DNA of 64,000 bases from Candidatus Bathyarchaeota archaeon (GTDB lineage: Archaea; Thermoproteota; Bathyarchaeia; Bathyarchaeales; Bathycorpusculaceae). Where the stretch lies: positions 246,532 to 310,531 of the forward strand of contig CAWGZR010000003.1 in NCBI GenBank assembly GCA_963827165.1. Direction: 5' to 3'. The number at the start of each line of letters is the position of its first letter. Within the stretch, counting starts at the first letter, position 1. Below are positions 52,791 to 62,863 of this stretch, piece after piece. A program made the position numbers and the translations under genes. The notes below the pieces were generated by a model. That model ran no database searches and was not told the DNA's origin. It saw only the letters and a program-made list of their open reading frames with translations.

Positions 52791-53844
52791 TTGGTTGCTG
52801 TATCTGATAACTCAACAGACAATAGTAGTAACTTAAGTGTAAACAGTTTAGTGCCTTCTTTGCAGGATAGGCGTAATAAGATTAGCAGCCGCGCCTTTTC
52901 AGTCGAATCCCGTGTTTTCCATATTATCGATGCTTCTGAAGTGGAGCTGCGTCCTGCCGAGATTGCTCGAATACTCCATAGCGATAAGAAACCCAAGGAA
53001 ATAACGCCCGGCCAATACTCCACTGTCCGGGTTGTCTGCAAGAAACTACTTGATAAAGGTAAAGTTGTGCAGCCGTACCAGGGGGCTTACTGCAACAAAA
53101 TCACCCACACCGTGCGGTTCGTTCCACTTTGCGTGCATAATGTGACTTTGCTTGCGAAAGTCTGTCAAAATCTGAAGCATTGGGAAAATGACGAATTTAT
53201 CGGGGGTGTCAAAATTCATGTCTGTTTTGGGGCGGAGAGAAAGCAGGTCACGGGGTATATCGCTTGCGACGTCGGCGGGATGAGTCATGATGCTTGTCTT
53301 TTAGCGCTTAACAGGTGGTTTGAGATCGTTGAGGGGCGGCTGGGTTATTGTCTGCAGGATTTGGTTTTGCAGACGGTTGAGTTTAACAAGGATTATCATG
53401 GCAGGCGCATTGACGGCTTTCAATGTGTGACTAAGAAGGATCTGTATGGCATTATTGATCGGACCTATCAGAAGGAAGAGGATGTAATCCGCCGAGAACG
53501 TAAGGTTACCCAGCCGATGAGCATTAACAAGTTTGAAGCGGAGATCCATCAAGGGCATTGAGGAGATCGGACTTAGCCAGGAACGCTACGAGCTACAACA
53601 GGAAGTTCGGCGGAATAGTGAGGCGATTAAGTTTACTAATAGCCGTATTTTGGAGGTTGAGAAGTTGACAGGGGCGATTTATCAGCATATGGTTAAGCTG
53701 CCGGTGCTGGATAGCGGCGTGGCTGAAAAGTTGGCTTTAGGTATTGAGCGGCTTAATGAGGCTTTGACTCGATTGAGCGATGCCGACGCGGATCCTAAGC
53801 GGTTGGATGAGAAGCAAAGTAAACTCGGGGAGTATGTAAGATGA
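52791..53844 (+). CDS. wHTH + putative Rep protein, paralog of 42597-43514; frameshift at ~53552
   Basis: Shared blocks YCNKIT, VPLCVHNV, GGVKIHVCFG, GMSHDACLLALNRWF, NKDY, QCVTKKDLYG, YQKEE; C-terminus KGIEE... lies in ORF 53533-53844. Confidence 0.6.
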
Positions 53845-54171
53845 GTTTGCAGATGACGGTTGATTGTCCTTGTCGCCGTTGCCCCTGGAAGATGCGGAGC
53901 GAATGTGATCATTACCGAAATATTTGTTTGGAGATCCGCAGTTGCTCCCGCTGCGAGCAGGGACTTGAGCGATGCATAAAGGAGGGTTATTGTTGAATCG
54001 CAATTTTTGCGCCTTTTTGGATGTAAACCCTTGTTTGAAGTTTGCGAGACGTGTCTTTAGGGAGCTTTTTTGCATGGTCTTTTTCCATGCTTTCGTCTTT
54101 GCCATTTCTTAGTGCGTCTGGTCAGGCTAAGGCACTGTTATTTTCCATGATGTTTCAAGGAGTGACTATCC

Positions 54172-54726
54172 ATGATTGAACAGGACGAGCAAATATCTGG
54201 CGAAAACTCTGTTCAAATAGATGAAAATAGCGTTGGAAAGGTCCGTAAAAAGGATCCGCGGAGCATTGAAAACAAGTTTGGGCGCCAGAAGTGGCATGAA
54301 ATTAAGACTGATAAGATTTATGCTCAGAATAAGCAGATTCTTGATGAGCTGCGTTGGATCCGTCACCGCTTGAAGGCGCTAGGTGAGAGTGATATCGATA
54401 TGCCGATGCTTGAGCGGTACGCTTTTCGCGATCAGGTTGATAGCGAGATTTTTCAGCGGATAATGACTGCTGGGGATTCTGGAGTTTTCCCGAAGGATGT
54501 AGCTGTCGACGTCGCTTTGGCGAAGTATCATTTGAGGTATTATGATGTGAGCCGTCGTATTGTGAGGATGAATAAGCGTTTGCGTTTTGAGGTTGGCGAG
54601 TTTTTGTTTGAGAAGCGGGGTCATAGGTGGGCTGTTACTAAGTTTGGTTTTGAGGTTTGGGGTAAGAGTAAAAAAGAATTTGACGAGGAAGTAAAAGAGG
54701 AAGGACCAAAATATGGGGAATCATGA
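54172..54726 (+). CDS. Hypothetical viral protein, probable winged-helix
   Basis: D.EI...I...G..G.FPKDVA...VSRRI.RMNK...W..T..G. Confidence 0.55.
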   Translation: MIEQDEQISGENSVQIDENSVGKVRKKDPRSIENKFGRQKWHEIKTDKIYAQNKQILDELRWIRHRLKALGESDIDMPMLERYAFRDQVDSEIFQRIMTAGDSGVFPKDVAVDVALAKYHLRYYDVSRRIVRMNKRLRFEVGEFLFEKRGHRWAVTKFGFEVWGKSKKEFDEEVKEEGPKYGES

Positions 54727-54788
54727 GAAGAAACGTGCTAAGAAGCGGCAGCAAAAGCAACGTGAGTTATTGAAGAATTTAGGGTTAT

Positions 54789-55388
54789 TTGGTGACAAAA
54801 ATGTGTGAGAAAAAGACAAGTTTGAAAGTTCCTCTTCTTGATGATTTGAAGCTTGAGGATCTTCGGCTTTTGAAGCATCATGAAGGGAATCCTAATCGGA
54901 TGACTGTTAAGCAAAAAGAGCAGTTGTGGCATAGTTTGCAGCGTTATGGTTGGCTGGTTCCAATTATTACTGATGCTGACGGTATTGTTGCTGATGGTGA
55001 GCAGCGCGTTGACGTTTGCATTGCCCATGGCGAGTTTTTTGGTCCTGTTTTGCGTAGGCCTCTTACTGAAGCTGAAAGATTAATTGTTGGCCAAGAACTA
55101 AACAAGCTGCGAGGTAAGCATAATCGCGAGGCAGACCGCGCAGAGTACATAAAAATAGATGGTTTGGGTGAGCGATCTGATTTGGAATCGTTGCTTTCTG
55201 CTGTGGGCGAAGACCTTTCTAAAATATTGAGTAGTAGCGTAGAGCATGGCGGCAGTAATATGATTCCTGAGACCTGCGAAATAATTATTCGCGGGTTTAA
55301 GGGCAAAAAGTTCGATGAGCAAGCTCAAAAGGCTGCTTGGGAAAAGTTTACGGCTGAGGGTTATGACGCGGGGTTGCTGAATCTATAG
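54789..55388 (+). CDS. ParB/Srx N-terminal domain protein
   Basis: NPNRM....L..SL.RYGW..PII.D....I.DGEQR...LNK.RG. Confidence 0.75.
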   Translation: MVTKMCEKKTSLKVPLLDDLKLEDLRLLKHHEGNPNRMTVKQKEQLWHSLQRYGWLVPIITDADGIVADGEQRVDVCIAHGEFFGPVLRRPLTEAERLIVGQELNKLRGKHNREADRAEYIKIDGLGERSDLESLLSAVGEDLSKILSSSVEHGGSNMIPETCEIIIRGFKGKKFDEQAQKAAWEKFTAEGYDAGLLNL

Positions 55389-56096
55389 ATGCCGTCTTTT
55401 GATTTAGTTTTCAGCTGGCATGCTGGCAATACCTACCGAGAACAAGCAATTACCAGTACATATGATCTTAAAGACGTGAAGCTTGAGAAGCACCTTAAAG
55501 GGAACATTCCGATTGAAGGCCTAAACTGGCAGATAGGCTGCATTGTTGGGTCATCTGGGAGCGGAAAAACAAGTATAGCTCGACACTGTTGGCCAGAGGC
55601 TTATTATGCTGATCTTAAAGAAAGATACAAAGAGCCTTGTTTTCTAAATGATTTCCCAGCTGAACTTACTATAAGTGAGCTTGGCGCCGCATTATCAAGT
55701 AGTGGCTTTAGTGAGCCTCCTGCATGGCTGAAAAGCTATAGTGTGTTGAGTCAGGGGCAAAAGATGCGTGTTGATATTGCTCATGCACTTTGTTTGCCTC
55801 AGCCGCTGGTTGTTTTTGATGAGTTTACTTCAGTGATTGATCGGAATGTTGCTCAAATTGGCTCTTATGCGATAAGCAGGGCAATTCGGCATCATCCAGG
55901 TAAGCAGTTCATAGCTGTTACATGCCATTTTGATGTTTTGGATTGGCTTGAACCTGACTGGACCTATAATGTTGATACTGGAGAATTCTTTGATTATACG
56001 AATGTAAAAAAAAACGATGTCACCCCCAAATTATTCTCTCAGTTCATAAATGCAATTTATCCATGTGGCAGGTCTTTAGGGAGCATCATTATTTGA
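55389..56096 (+). CDS. ABC-type ATPase (viral)
   Basis: GSSGSGKT, LSQGQKMR, VFDEFTSVIDR, CH.DV.DWLEPDW. Confidence 0.85.
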   Translation: MPSFDLVFSWHAGNTYREQAITSTYDLKDVKLEKHLKGNIPIEGLNWQIGCIVGSSGSGKTSIARHCWPEAYYADLKERYKEPCFLNDFPAELTISELGAALSSSGFSEPPAWLKSYSVLSQGQKMRVDIAHALCLPQPLVVFDEFTSVIDRNVAQIGSYAISRAIRHHPGKQFIAVTCHFDVLDWLEPDWTYNVDTGEFFDYTNVKKNDVTPKLFSQFINAIYPCGRSLGSIII

Positions 56097-56512
56097 ATAC
56101 TGAACGCCTTGGCGCCGGTGTTCGCTGCTACGTTGCCAAGCTGGGAGATAAGCCCATTGCGTTTATTGCCGTTGCACACGTGCATATGCTTGTTAATTAT
56201 TTTAGGGTTAGCCGTCTTGTGGTTTTGCCTGATTACCAGGGCATCGGTGTAGGGAAACGTTTGCTGAATTTTGTTGCTGAGCTTTATACATCTCAATTGC
56301 CGGAGATTCCTTTCTATCTTGTTACGAGTAATCCTCAGCTCATCCGAAGTAACTTGGATGGTTGGCGTGTGAAGCGTGTTGGCCACGGCTCTAGCGGCAG
56401 AAATGATAGCAGGATAAATCGGGAGCTTGTGAAGTCAAATTCCAAGCGACGTCTAAGCGTGTCCTTGCAATACATTCCTCAGAAACGATTTGGAGGTTCT
56501 TCTTTTGCGTAG
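56063..56512 (+). CDS. GNAT-fold acetyltransferase, overlapping the ATPase in the -1 frame
   Basis: W..FREHHYL, RLVVLPDYQGIGVG acetyl-CoA motif A. Confidence 0.82.
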   Translation: MWQVFREHHYLNTERLGAGVRCYVAKLGDKPIAFIAVAHVHMLVNYFRVSRLVVLPDYQGIGVGKRLLNFVAELYTSQLPEIPFYLVTSNPQLIRSNLDGWRVKRVGHGSSGRNDSRINRELVKSNSKRRLSVSLQYIPQKRFGGSSFA

Positions 56513-56690
56513 TTCCGAGAGGGATCGGGCGGATTTGTCTTTGCCTAATAACTTGCGTGGCAAGCATTGTCGTGGTCTTGGCTGTGACAGAAAAATTTCC
56601 AGAACAAATAAAAGCGGTTATTGTCGGACTTGTTATGGTCGTTTTGTTCTTCACTTTAAGGGTACGGAAGCACATTTAAAATCACTTTAA
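56490..56690 (+). CDS. Small Cys-rich (zinc-finger-like) protein
   Basis: C....C...NKSGYC..C. Confidence 0.4.
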   Translation: MEVLLLRSSERDRADLSLPNNLRGKHCRGLGCDRKISRTNKSGYCRTCYGRFVLHFKGTEAHLKSL

Positions 56691-56815
56691 AGCTTACACA
56701 TTAACTGTTTTTGTCTTCATTTCCTCGGCCGCTATCCTATTGTTATGCATTTGTTTTTCGCGGAAGCAAAACTCACAAAATATAAATTACATTTCAACTA
56801 ATAACAGATGATTAA

Positions 56816-58271
56816 GTGACCCGAATGGTTTTTTGCCCAAAATGCGAAAAAACAAATTCTGAAGAAGCATCGTATTGCAATTTTTGCGGTAACCCATTAC
56901 CCAAAACAATTAATGCCAATAACGCATCTACAACGAAAACCTGTCCGGTCTGCAAAAAAACCATCGCTTCAGCTCAAAATTTCTGTCCCTATTGTGCTAG
57001 TGACCTCAGAGTACAAAGGACCCCTTCTCAACAAATTAATTCAAAACAAGAAGTGCCAAGTACACCACAACCAAGCTCCCAACCAAATATACCCTCAACG
57101 CCTCCTATAACGAAAACCTGTCCGGTCTGCAAAAAAACCATCGCTTCAGCTCAAAATTTCTGTCCCTATTGTCCTAGTGACCTCAGAGTACAAAGGACCC
57201 CTTCTCAACAAATTAATTCAAAACAAGAAGTGCCAAGTACACCACAACCAAATCCCAAACCAAACACACCCTCAACACCGCACATAACGAAACCTTATTC
57301 ATTTTCACGTAAAAACAGAAACATAGCTATTGCTGCTGGGGTCATTTTAATAGTGATCATTGCCTCGGTTGCTGGCATTTATCTCGGACAAAATAGTTCC
57401 CCTTTCGACTAACGGACAAGGTTCTTCATCAACGTCACATAGTGTCGCCCTCAATGTCGATGGTAGCGTAACTGATGGCTATTGGACAAGAGATATAGCA
57501 ACTGACCTTCCAGATTACGAAAGCACTGTCAGCTATTCTATATCAGATGTTGGAAATCTTGATGCAAATAGCGTGAGCATAAGCATAAGCATTGACGGCA
57601 ATCCATACTCAAATGATGTAATTCCCTCCATAACAACGTCTAACAGTTACAGTTCCTCTTTCTCATATTCAACTCCTCATGACCAAACAAACAACGTTTT
57701 GATACAAGCAAGCTGTCAAGATTCTTCTGACTCATGCACTTTATTAATAGGTTCTACATTTCCAAGTAGTCCTTTTGATTTCTCCGGTAATCTTTCTCCA
57801 ACCATATGTGAACTGTTTGTTACCCCCACCGATCAAAACGTAGTAGCGATGAAGAATAGCATTTTGAGCAGCAAGTTCTTGCTCGATGCTGATTGGACTG
57901 CCTTATGGGGGTGGGTGGGTAATAATATTCATTACGAAACTGAAAATAGTGCAACTTACCATTGGCAATTTCCATTTGAAACTTTACAATCAAAATATGG
58001 TATGTGTGCGGATTATTCAACTCTGTTGGTCTCAATGTATCGAGACGGTGTTTTTGGACCTAATGATGTCTATGTCGTTTGTGGCACAAATGCGCAGGGT
58101 GAAGGTCACGCATGGGTTGCAGTTAGATTGCCTGTTGTTGGATGGTATACATTGGATCCACAAGAAAATGGTGGTTTCTTGCTTAACCTAGTGGGTAATC
58201 CATTATTTGTTTCTGGGTATACGGGACAATTTGAGTTTAACGACCAACAATTCATTACACTTAGTAGTTGA
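56816..58271 (+). CDS. Zinc-ribbon repeats + TM + transglutaminase-like domain; frameshift at ~57405
   Basis: Three CxxC-x10-CxxC ribbons and a TM helix; downstream ORF has WQFP.ETL...GMCADYS...HAW...LDP (Cys-His-Asp triad). Confidence 0.7.
56932..57285 (+). repeat. In-frame tandem duplication, 2 x 177 bp (59 aa)
   Basis: AACGAAAACCTGTCCGGTC... begins at both 56932 and 57109. Confidence 0.92.
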
Positions 58272-58320
58272 TGCAAAAGCTTAAAAGAAAATAGAGACTA
58301 AATAGCTGAACCATAGGCTC

Positions 58321-58844
58321 GTGATTACATTAAATTGTCCTAACTGTGGTAAGGAAATTCCCAATCCAGATGCAGTATTTTGCCCTTATTGTTCTAAATC
58401 ACTTATTGTGAAAAGGTATCAAACGTTTCCATTAATTTCTGGAATCTCAACAATTGTTTCAGCTGTACTTGTTATAGTAGCTGGCGCGATAAGCATTTTG
58501 GGTGCATTAAGCACATATGGTGGATACGGCTACGGTTTCATCGCTGGCACAAACATTTTCTTTTGGGTAGCTGGAATTTTCGAAGTAGCAGCTTTCTCAG
58601 TTGGTTTAACAGGAGGTATCTTCCAAATTAGACGAATGCTGTTCTTAGGCTCAGTTTTCTGTAATGTTCTTTTGATTGTTTCAGCTATAATTATAATGGC
58701 AGAGTCACGGTTTAATATTACAATGAGTTCTGGTGGTGGAGGAACGTTCTCTGGATTTTTGTTTTTCGCAATACCAGTGCTAATACTGTCAATACTATAG
58801 GTATAGTTTTTGCTACTTTATCTAAAGGAGAATTCAAAAACTAA
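58321..58844 (+). CDS. Zinc-ribbon four-TM membrane protein; frameshift near the 3' end
   Basis: CPNCGKEI...FCPYC; shifted frame gives GIVFATLSKGEFKN, matching the paralog's end. Confidence 0.75.
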
Positions 58845-58966
58845 TTTTTCTCTTATTTATGTCTACGACTATACTTTTCAAGCCCTAACTTCACAGAAAC
58901 TTAAGCACCTTAGCGATGCAAAAGCTTATAAGAAAATCATTGAGAAGTAATGGAAGGGTGTTTTAG

Positions 58967-59419
58967 TTGAATTGCCCGAACTGCGGAAAAGAAGTCCCTA
59001 ATCAAGATGCAATTTTTTGCCCATACTGTTCTAAGCAATTACATATGGCTAAAAATCGATCAGGATTTATTACAAGTGCAGGAGTTTTAACTATCGTCGG
59101 TTCATGTTTAGCATTAGTCATCGGACTTCTTGGATTAGTTGTATCAGGTTATGCATACGAATATGATACAGCTTCTTATGCAGTAATGGGAATTTTTGGG
59201 ATATTGGCATTTGCATTTGGGCTTACTGCAGGTATCTTAACATTGAAGAGAAAAGTTTTTCCATTGGCTATCATCGGAATTTGTTTTGTTATTGTTTCTG
59301 GTATCGTAACTAGCATAGCCATTCCTTATGGTGCCTTCTGGATATTTGGCGTACCAATCGCAATTCTCTCAATATTGGGCGTAATCTTCGCAGCAATATC
59401 TAAAAGAGAATTTACATAA
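58967..59419 (+). CDS. Zinc-ribbon four-TM membrane protein (paralog)
   Basis: CPNCGKEV...FCPYC and four hydrophobic helices ending SKREFT. Confidence 0.8.
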   Translation: MNCPNCGKEVPNQDAIFCPYCSKQLHMAKNRSGFITSAGVLTIVGSCLALVIGLLGLVVSGYAYEYDTASYAVMGIFGILAFAFGLTAGILTLKRKVFPLAIIGICFVIVSGIVTSIAIPYGAFWIFGVPIAILSILGVIFAAISKREFT

Positions 59420-59680
59420 AATTACATTCAGTTGTTTGGAATTTCACGCGCGAGACTGAACCTTACTCTTTGACAGTAACAACCTTTGAAAAAGTTGTAC
59501 ACAACCCCAAACTCTCAACTTCCAAGCATTAATTGACACGATTTCGCGAGGCTAGTTTTTCATTAGGTCAAGTGCTTAAATAGCGCTTGCTTCCTATTAT
59601 TGATTTAGTCCTCTCGCAAGTTTAGGGTTGGCTTTCGAACTAACGCCCTGTCTAGCCTTTAGCCAAGGCTAAAAATAGAT

Positions 59681-59998
59681 TTGGAGTGTACCATTATACC
59701 GCATCGAAAATCTCCTAGCGGAGTCGCTAGAAACTTTATTCGGTACACTGCCAAGTTTGACCGTTTGAAGAAAGAATCAATTAACACTGTAAATAGCGGT
59801 GAAGTTTTAGCTGAGCTTGGAAGGGCTTTTCCGGATGATCCGCCTACTTCAGCGGTTTTTCCTTTGGGGTTCGTTGATATTATTGGCTTGGTTTTAGAGG
59901 ATACACGCGGGGAAGGGGCCATGGATCCTCACGTTAAGATTGAGCAGGAAACAATTGAAGACTTTATGAAATCTCAGAGGGAAGGTGCTGTGCTGTAA
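59681..59998 (+). CDS. Hypothetical viral protein
   Basis: Open ORF, translationally coupled (TAATG) to the next gene. Confidence 0.5.
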   Translation: MECTIIPHRKSPSGVARNFIRYTAKFDRLKKESINTVNSGEVLAELGRAFPDDPPTSAVFPLGFVDIIGLVLEDTRGEGAMDPHVKIEQETIEDFMKSQREGAVL

Positions 59999-60235
59999 TG
60001 CCGACAATTCAAGAACGTCTCGCAACAATTGAGACCAAGCAGGACTACATCATCAAAGCAACTTGACACCATCGTTACCAATCATTTGCCTCACATTTAC
60101 AAGCGTCTAGAGCAATTGGAAAACTGCAAAGCTATTGATGGAAGCTGGATCCGCTTTGCAAAGCCCGTAGCAATTTCACTTATCAGTTCTGTGTTAAGCA
60201 TAGGCTTGACGTATTATTTTCTCAAAATCTGTTAA
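59998..60235 (+). CDS. Small coiled-coil + C-terminal TM protein (XhlA/holin-like); frameshift at ~60056
   Basis: MPTIQERLATIETKQDYII joined to QLDTIVTNHLPHI and a TM helix. Confidence 0.5.
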
Positions 60236-60261
60236 TCAAAATATCGTGGTGAGGCGGAAAT

Positions 60262-60417
60262 ATGGATTTTAAAAAGGAAAAAGCGTGGCTGGAGATTCTT
60301 TGCGAGATCGCTGATTTACCTATGGGTCTGCAGGAGATTGTCTTTGTGGATATCGTTGAGTCTGCGAAGAATCGGATTGCTACCATTAAGCGAATTGTGG
60401 ATGTGAATGAAAATTGA
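60262..60417 (+). CDS. Hypothetical 51-aa viral protein
   Basis: MDFKKEKAW...; preceded by a GGTGAGG RBS and overlapping the next start. Confidence 0.45.
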   Translation: MDFKKEKAWLEILCEIADLPMGLQEIVFVDIVESAKNRIATIKRIVDVNEN

Positions 60418-60779
60418 GGCGTTCTCAAGCAGAGTTGATTTATGCGGTTTTCGAAGTGCTACATAGTCAGCCCCTAAAAATTACGCATATCATGTACAAG
60501 GTCAATATTAACTGCCTGATTTTGCGCAATATCCTGGATATTTTGGTGCAGACGGGTTTGGTTGAAGTGAAGATTACAAGTAAGCCACCTAAAGGTAAAC
60601 GTTTGACTTCTGCTGCAAATACCCGGTATAGTGAAATGTACGGGTTAACTGAGAAAGGCGTAAAGTTTTACCTTGAAGTTCGCTCATCTACAAGAGCAAT
60701 TAACGAGTTAATTGAAGCGTCTGAGAAGCAACGCTACCTCTTTGATGCACAGAAAATGAAAGCTAACACAATTGGTTGA
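60414..60779 (+). CDS. Viral winged-helix regulator of the host 37608/38378 family
   Basis: MRRS..E...PLKITHIMYKVNIN...Y.LTEKG. Confidence 0.8.
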   Translation: MRRSQAELIYAVFEVLHSQPLKITHIMYKVNINCLILRNILDILVQTGLVEVKITSKPPKGKRLTSAANTRYSEMYGLTEKGVKFYLEVRSSTRAINELIEASEKQRYLFDAQKMKANTIG

Positions 60780-61441
60780 AGTGTCAAGTTATGTCGACTC
60801 CCCCAGAAGATGTTGAAGGCCAGCGTATAGCAGCGTTGGAAGAGGCTCTTGGAATAACCTCAGAAATGCCTCAACAAGTCTGCGCAGCGGGTAAACAGCC
60901 AAAGGAACCGATGGTGAGAATGACCTTGCCGCTTTTTCATCGACGCAAAACAATGCTGATAGCGTATCATAGCGGTCACCTAAATCCTTTAGCTCTTAGG
61001 CAGATGGCTATTGAATTTGAATGCACTGAGGCTGCTTTGCTTGATGATTTGGAAGACCGTGCGAATTGGGAGCCGTTTATCTGGGCGAATCAAGAGGCTC
61101 ATGAGGATGGTAAGGCGTTGCTTAATCAGTTGCAGTTGGCTCGGGAAGAAGCCCTTTTTTTGATGAAGACATGTAAGTCTGCTAATGCTCGGGTTGGCGC
61201 GATTGGCAAGTTTATTGACTCTATTAAAGCTGAGATTGAGGTTGGGCAAAGTTTAGGTTTGTTGCCTAAGCAAATATCGCCGGCGGTTGTTGTGCAGCAA
61301 AATAATGTTATGCAGGTCAATGCTAAGACTGAGACTAAAATAACGATTGATATGACCAAGATGTCTGAAGATGATAGAAAAGCCCTTTTACGCGCTGAAG
61401 AGGCTCTCACAAGAGCAGAGACAGCTACTGGCCCGCAGTAA
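60776..61441 (+). CDS. Putative terminase small subunit
   Basis: Directly upstream of TerL; helical/HTH-like, QSLGLL. Confidence 0.5.
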   Translation: MKCQVMSTPPEDVEGQRIAALEEALGITSEMPQQVCAAGKQPKEPMVRMTLPLFHRRKTMLIAYHSGHLNPLALRQMAIEFECTEAALLDDLEDRANWEPFIWANQEAHEDGKALLNQLQLAREEALFLMKTCKSANARVGAIGKFIDSIKAEIEVGQSLGLLPKQISPAVVVQQNNVMQVNAKTETKITIDMTKMSEDDRKALLRAEEALTRAETATGPQ

Positions 61442-62861
61442 TCTGCAGTATTACGCACGTTATCTCGGGTACATTGACACTGCTTGGTTTCAAGACGAAT
61501 GGTATGAACTGCTTCAGCCACAAAACGACCCAGCACATTTTAGCCCTCTGCCTTGGCATTGCAGAGCGTTAAAGCAGTTTCATCTTGAGGCACCACGGAA
61601 ACATGCGAAAAGCGAATGCGTCTCCATAAATTATCCCTCCTGGTTAATCGGGAACTATCCTGAAATAAGAATCGGGATCGTCAGCAAAACCGCTCCTTTA
61701 GCTGAGCAAACTGTTGCGGCAATACGCAACCGGATTGAGAATGATCAGCACTACATCAGCGTTTTTGGCGATCTGAAGCCTAAGACCCCGCAGAAATGGA
61801 CCGATAGCGAATTTTTCGTTAACCGTAAAACTATCAGCAAGTTTCCAACTCTTTATGGCTGCGGGTTAGGCGGCTCTTTAACTGGGCGTGGCTTTGACCT
61901 GATCATTGCCGATGACATCATTGATGAAGAAAACGTTAACACGCCGAATCAACTTGAGAAAGTCAACCGATGGTTCTTCAAGGTTCTGCTGACAACTCTG
62001 TTTTCGCATGGCGCCACTTTAGTGATTGGGACCCGATGGCATTACGCAGATCTCTACAACGACTTGATTCAGACATTGGAGAAAGGCGGCAAAGGCTGGT
62101 CATTCAAAGTCTATAAAGCCATCCAAAATTATGAGGGCGTCGAGAAAGGCGAAGTGCCTCAGGTGCTCTGGCCGCAAGTGTGGTCTTATGAGCGTTTGAT
62201 GCAGAAAAAAGCCGATATCGGCACGGTTTACTTTAACAGCCAATATCAGAATGACCCGACAGGCATGATGGGTGACTTGCTTAAGTCGGAGTGGCTGCAT
62301 CCCTGGAATGAAGTCGATAACAACTTTGTGCCCTCGCCTCACTTGCCAAAATATGCTGGTGTGGACCCAGCTCTCGGCGAAGGCGACTTATTCGCAGTCG
62401 GCACCGCGAGCTATGATCGCGTTCTTAATCGGATGTATCTCTATGATGTTTACGCTAAGCTTTTGCCGTATCCGGCTGCAATGCAGCTGCTGCTGCAGCT
62501 TCACGGGATCCATCATTACAGCAAAATTTACGTTGAATCAAATGCTTTTCAGAAAGTAATCATGTATATGCCTCAGCTGCAGGGTCTCCCGATCGTGCCG
62601 ACAGTGACCTCAAGAGGCAAAGAAGAACGCCTGATCCCGCTAAGCAGCCACTTTGAATCTAGACGTGCAACCCTTAACCCCGCCTGGCCTTACACTCAAA
62701 GCGAGTTCTTTCAAGAGTGGGTCCAGTTCCCAAGGAGTGCACATGACGACGCTTTGGACTGCGTGGAAGTTATGGCTCGCAACCTTCTTGGCGTCACCGC
62801 AATGCCTGAAGGAAAAGGCGTAGCTGTAGTTAAGAAAAAACAACAAATCGAGGATGATTAA
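61371..62861 (+). CDS. terL: Terminase large subunit
   Basis: Walker A variant APRKHAKS, LTGRG, Walker B LIIADD, GTRWH, RNase H-like GVDPA, VESNAFQ, HDDALD. Confidence 0.92.
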   Translation: MIEKPFYALKRLSQEQRQLLARSNLQYYARYLGYIDTAWFQDEWYELLQPQNDPAHFSPLPWHCRALKQFHLEAPRKHAKSECVSINYPSWLIGNYPEIRIGIVSKTAPLAEQTVAAIRNRIENDQHYISVFGDLKPKTPQKWTDSEFFVNRKTISKFPTLYGCGLGGSLTGRGFDLIIADDIIDEENVNTPNQLEKVNRWFFKVLLTTLFSHGATLVIGTRWHYADLYNDLIQTLEKGGKGWSFKVYKAIQNYEGVEKGEVPQVLWPQVWSYERLMQKKADIGTVYFNSQYQNDPTGMMGDLLKSEWLHPWNEVDNNFVPSPHLPKYAGVDPALGEGDLFAVGTASYDRVLNRMYLYDVYAKLLPYPAAMQLLLQLHGIHHYSKIYVESNAFQKVIMYMPQLQGLPIVPTVTSRGKEERLIPLSSHFESRRATLNPAWPYTQSEFFQEWVQFPRSAHDDALDCVEVMARNLLGVTAMPEGKGVAVVKKKQQIEDD

Positions 62862-62863
62862 AA

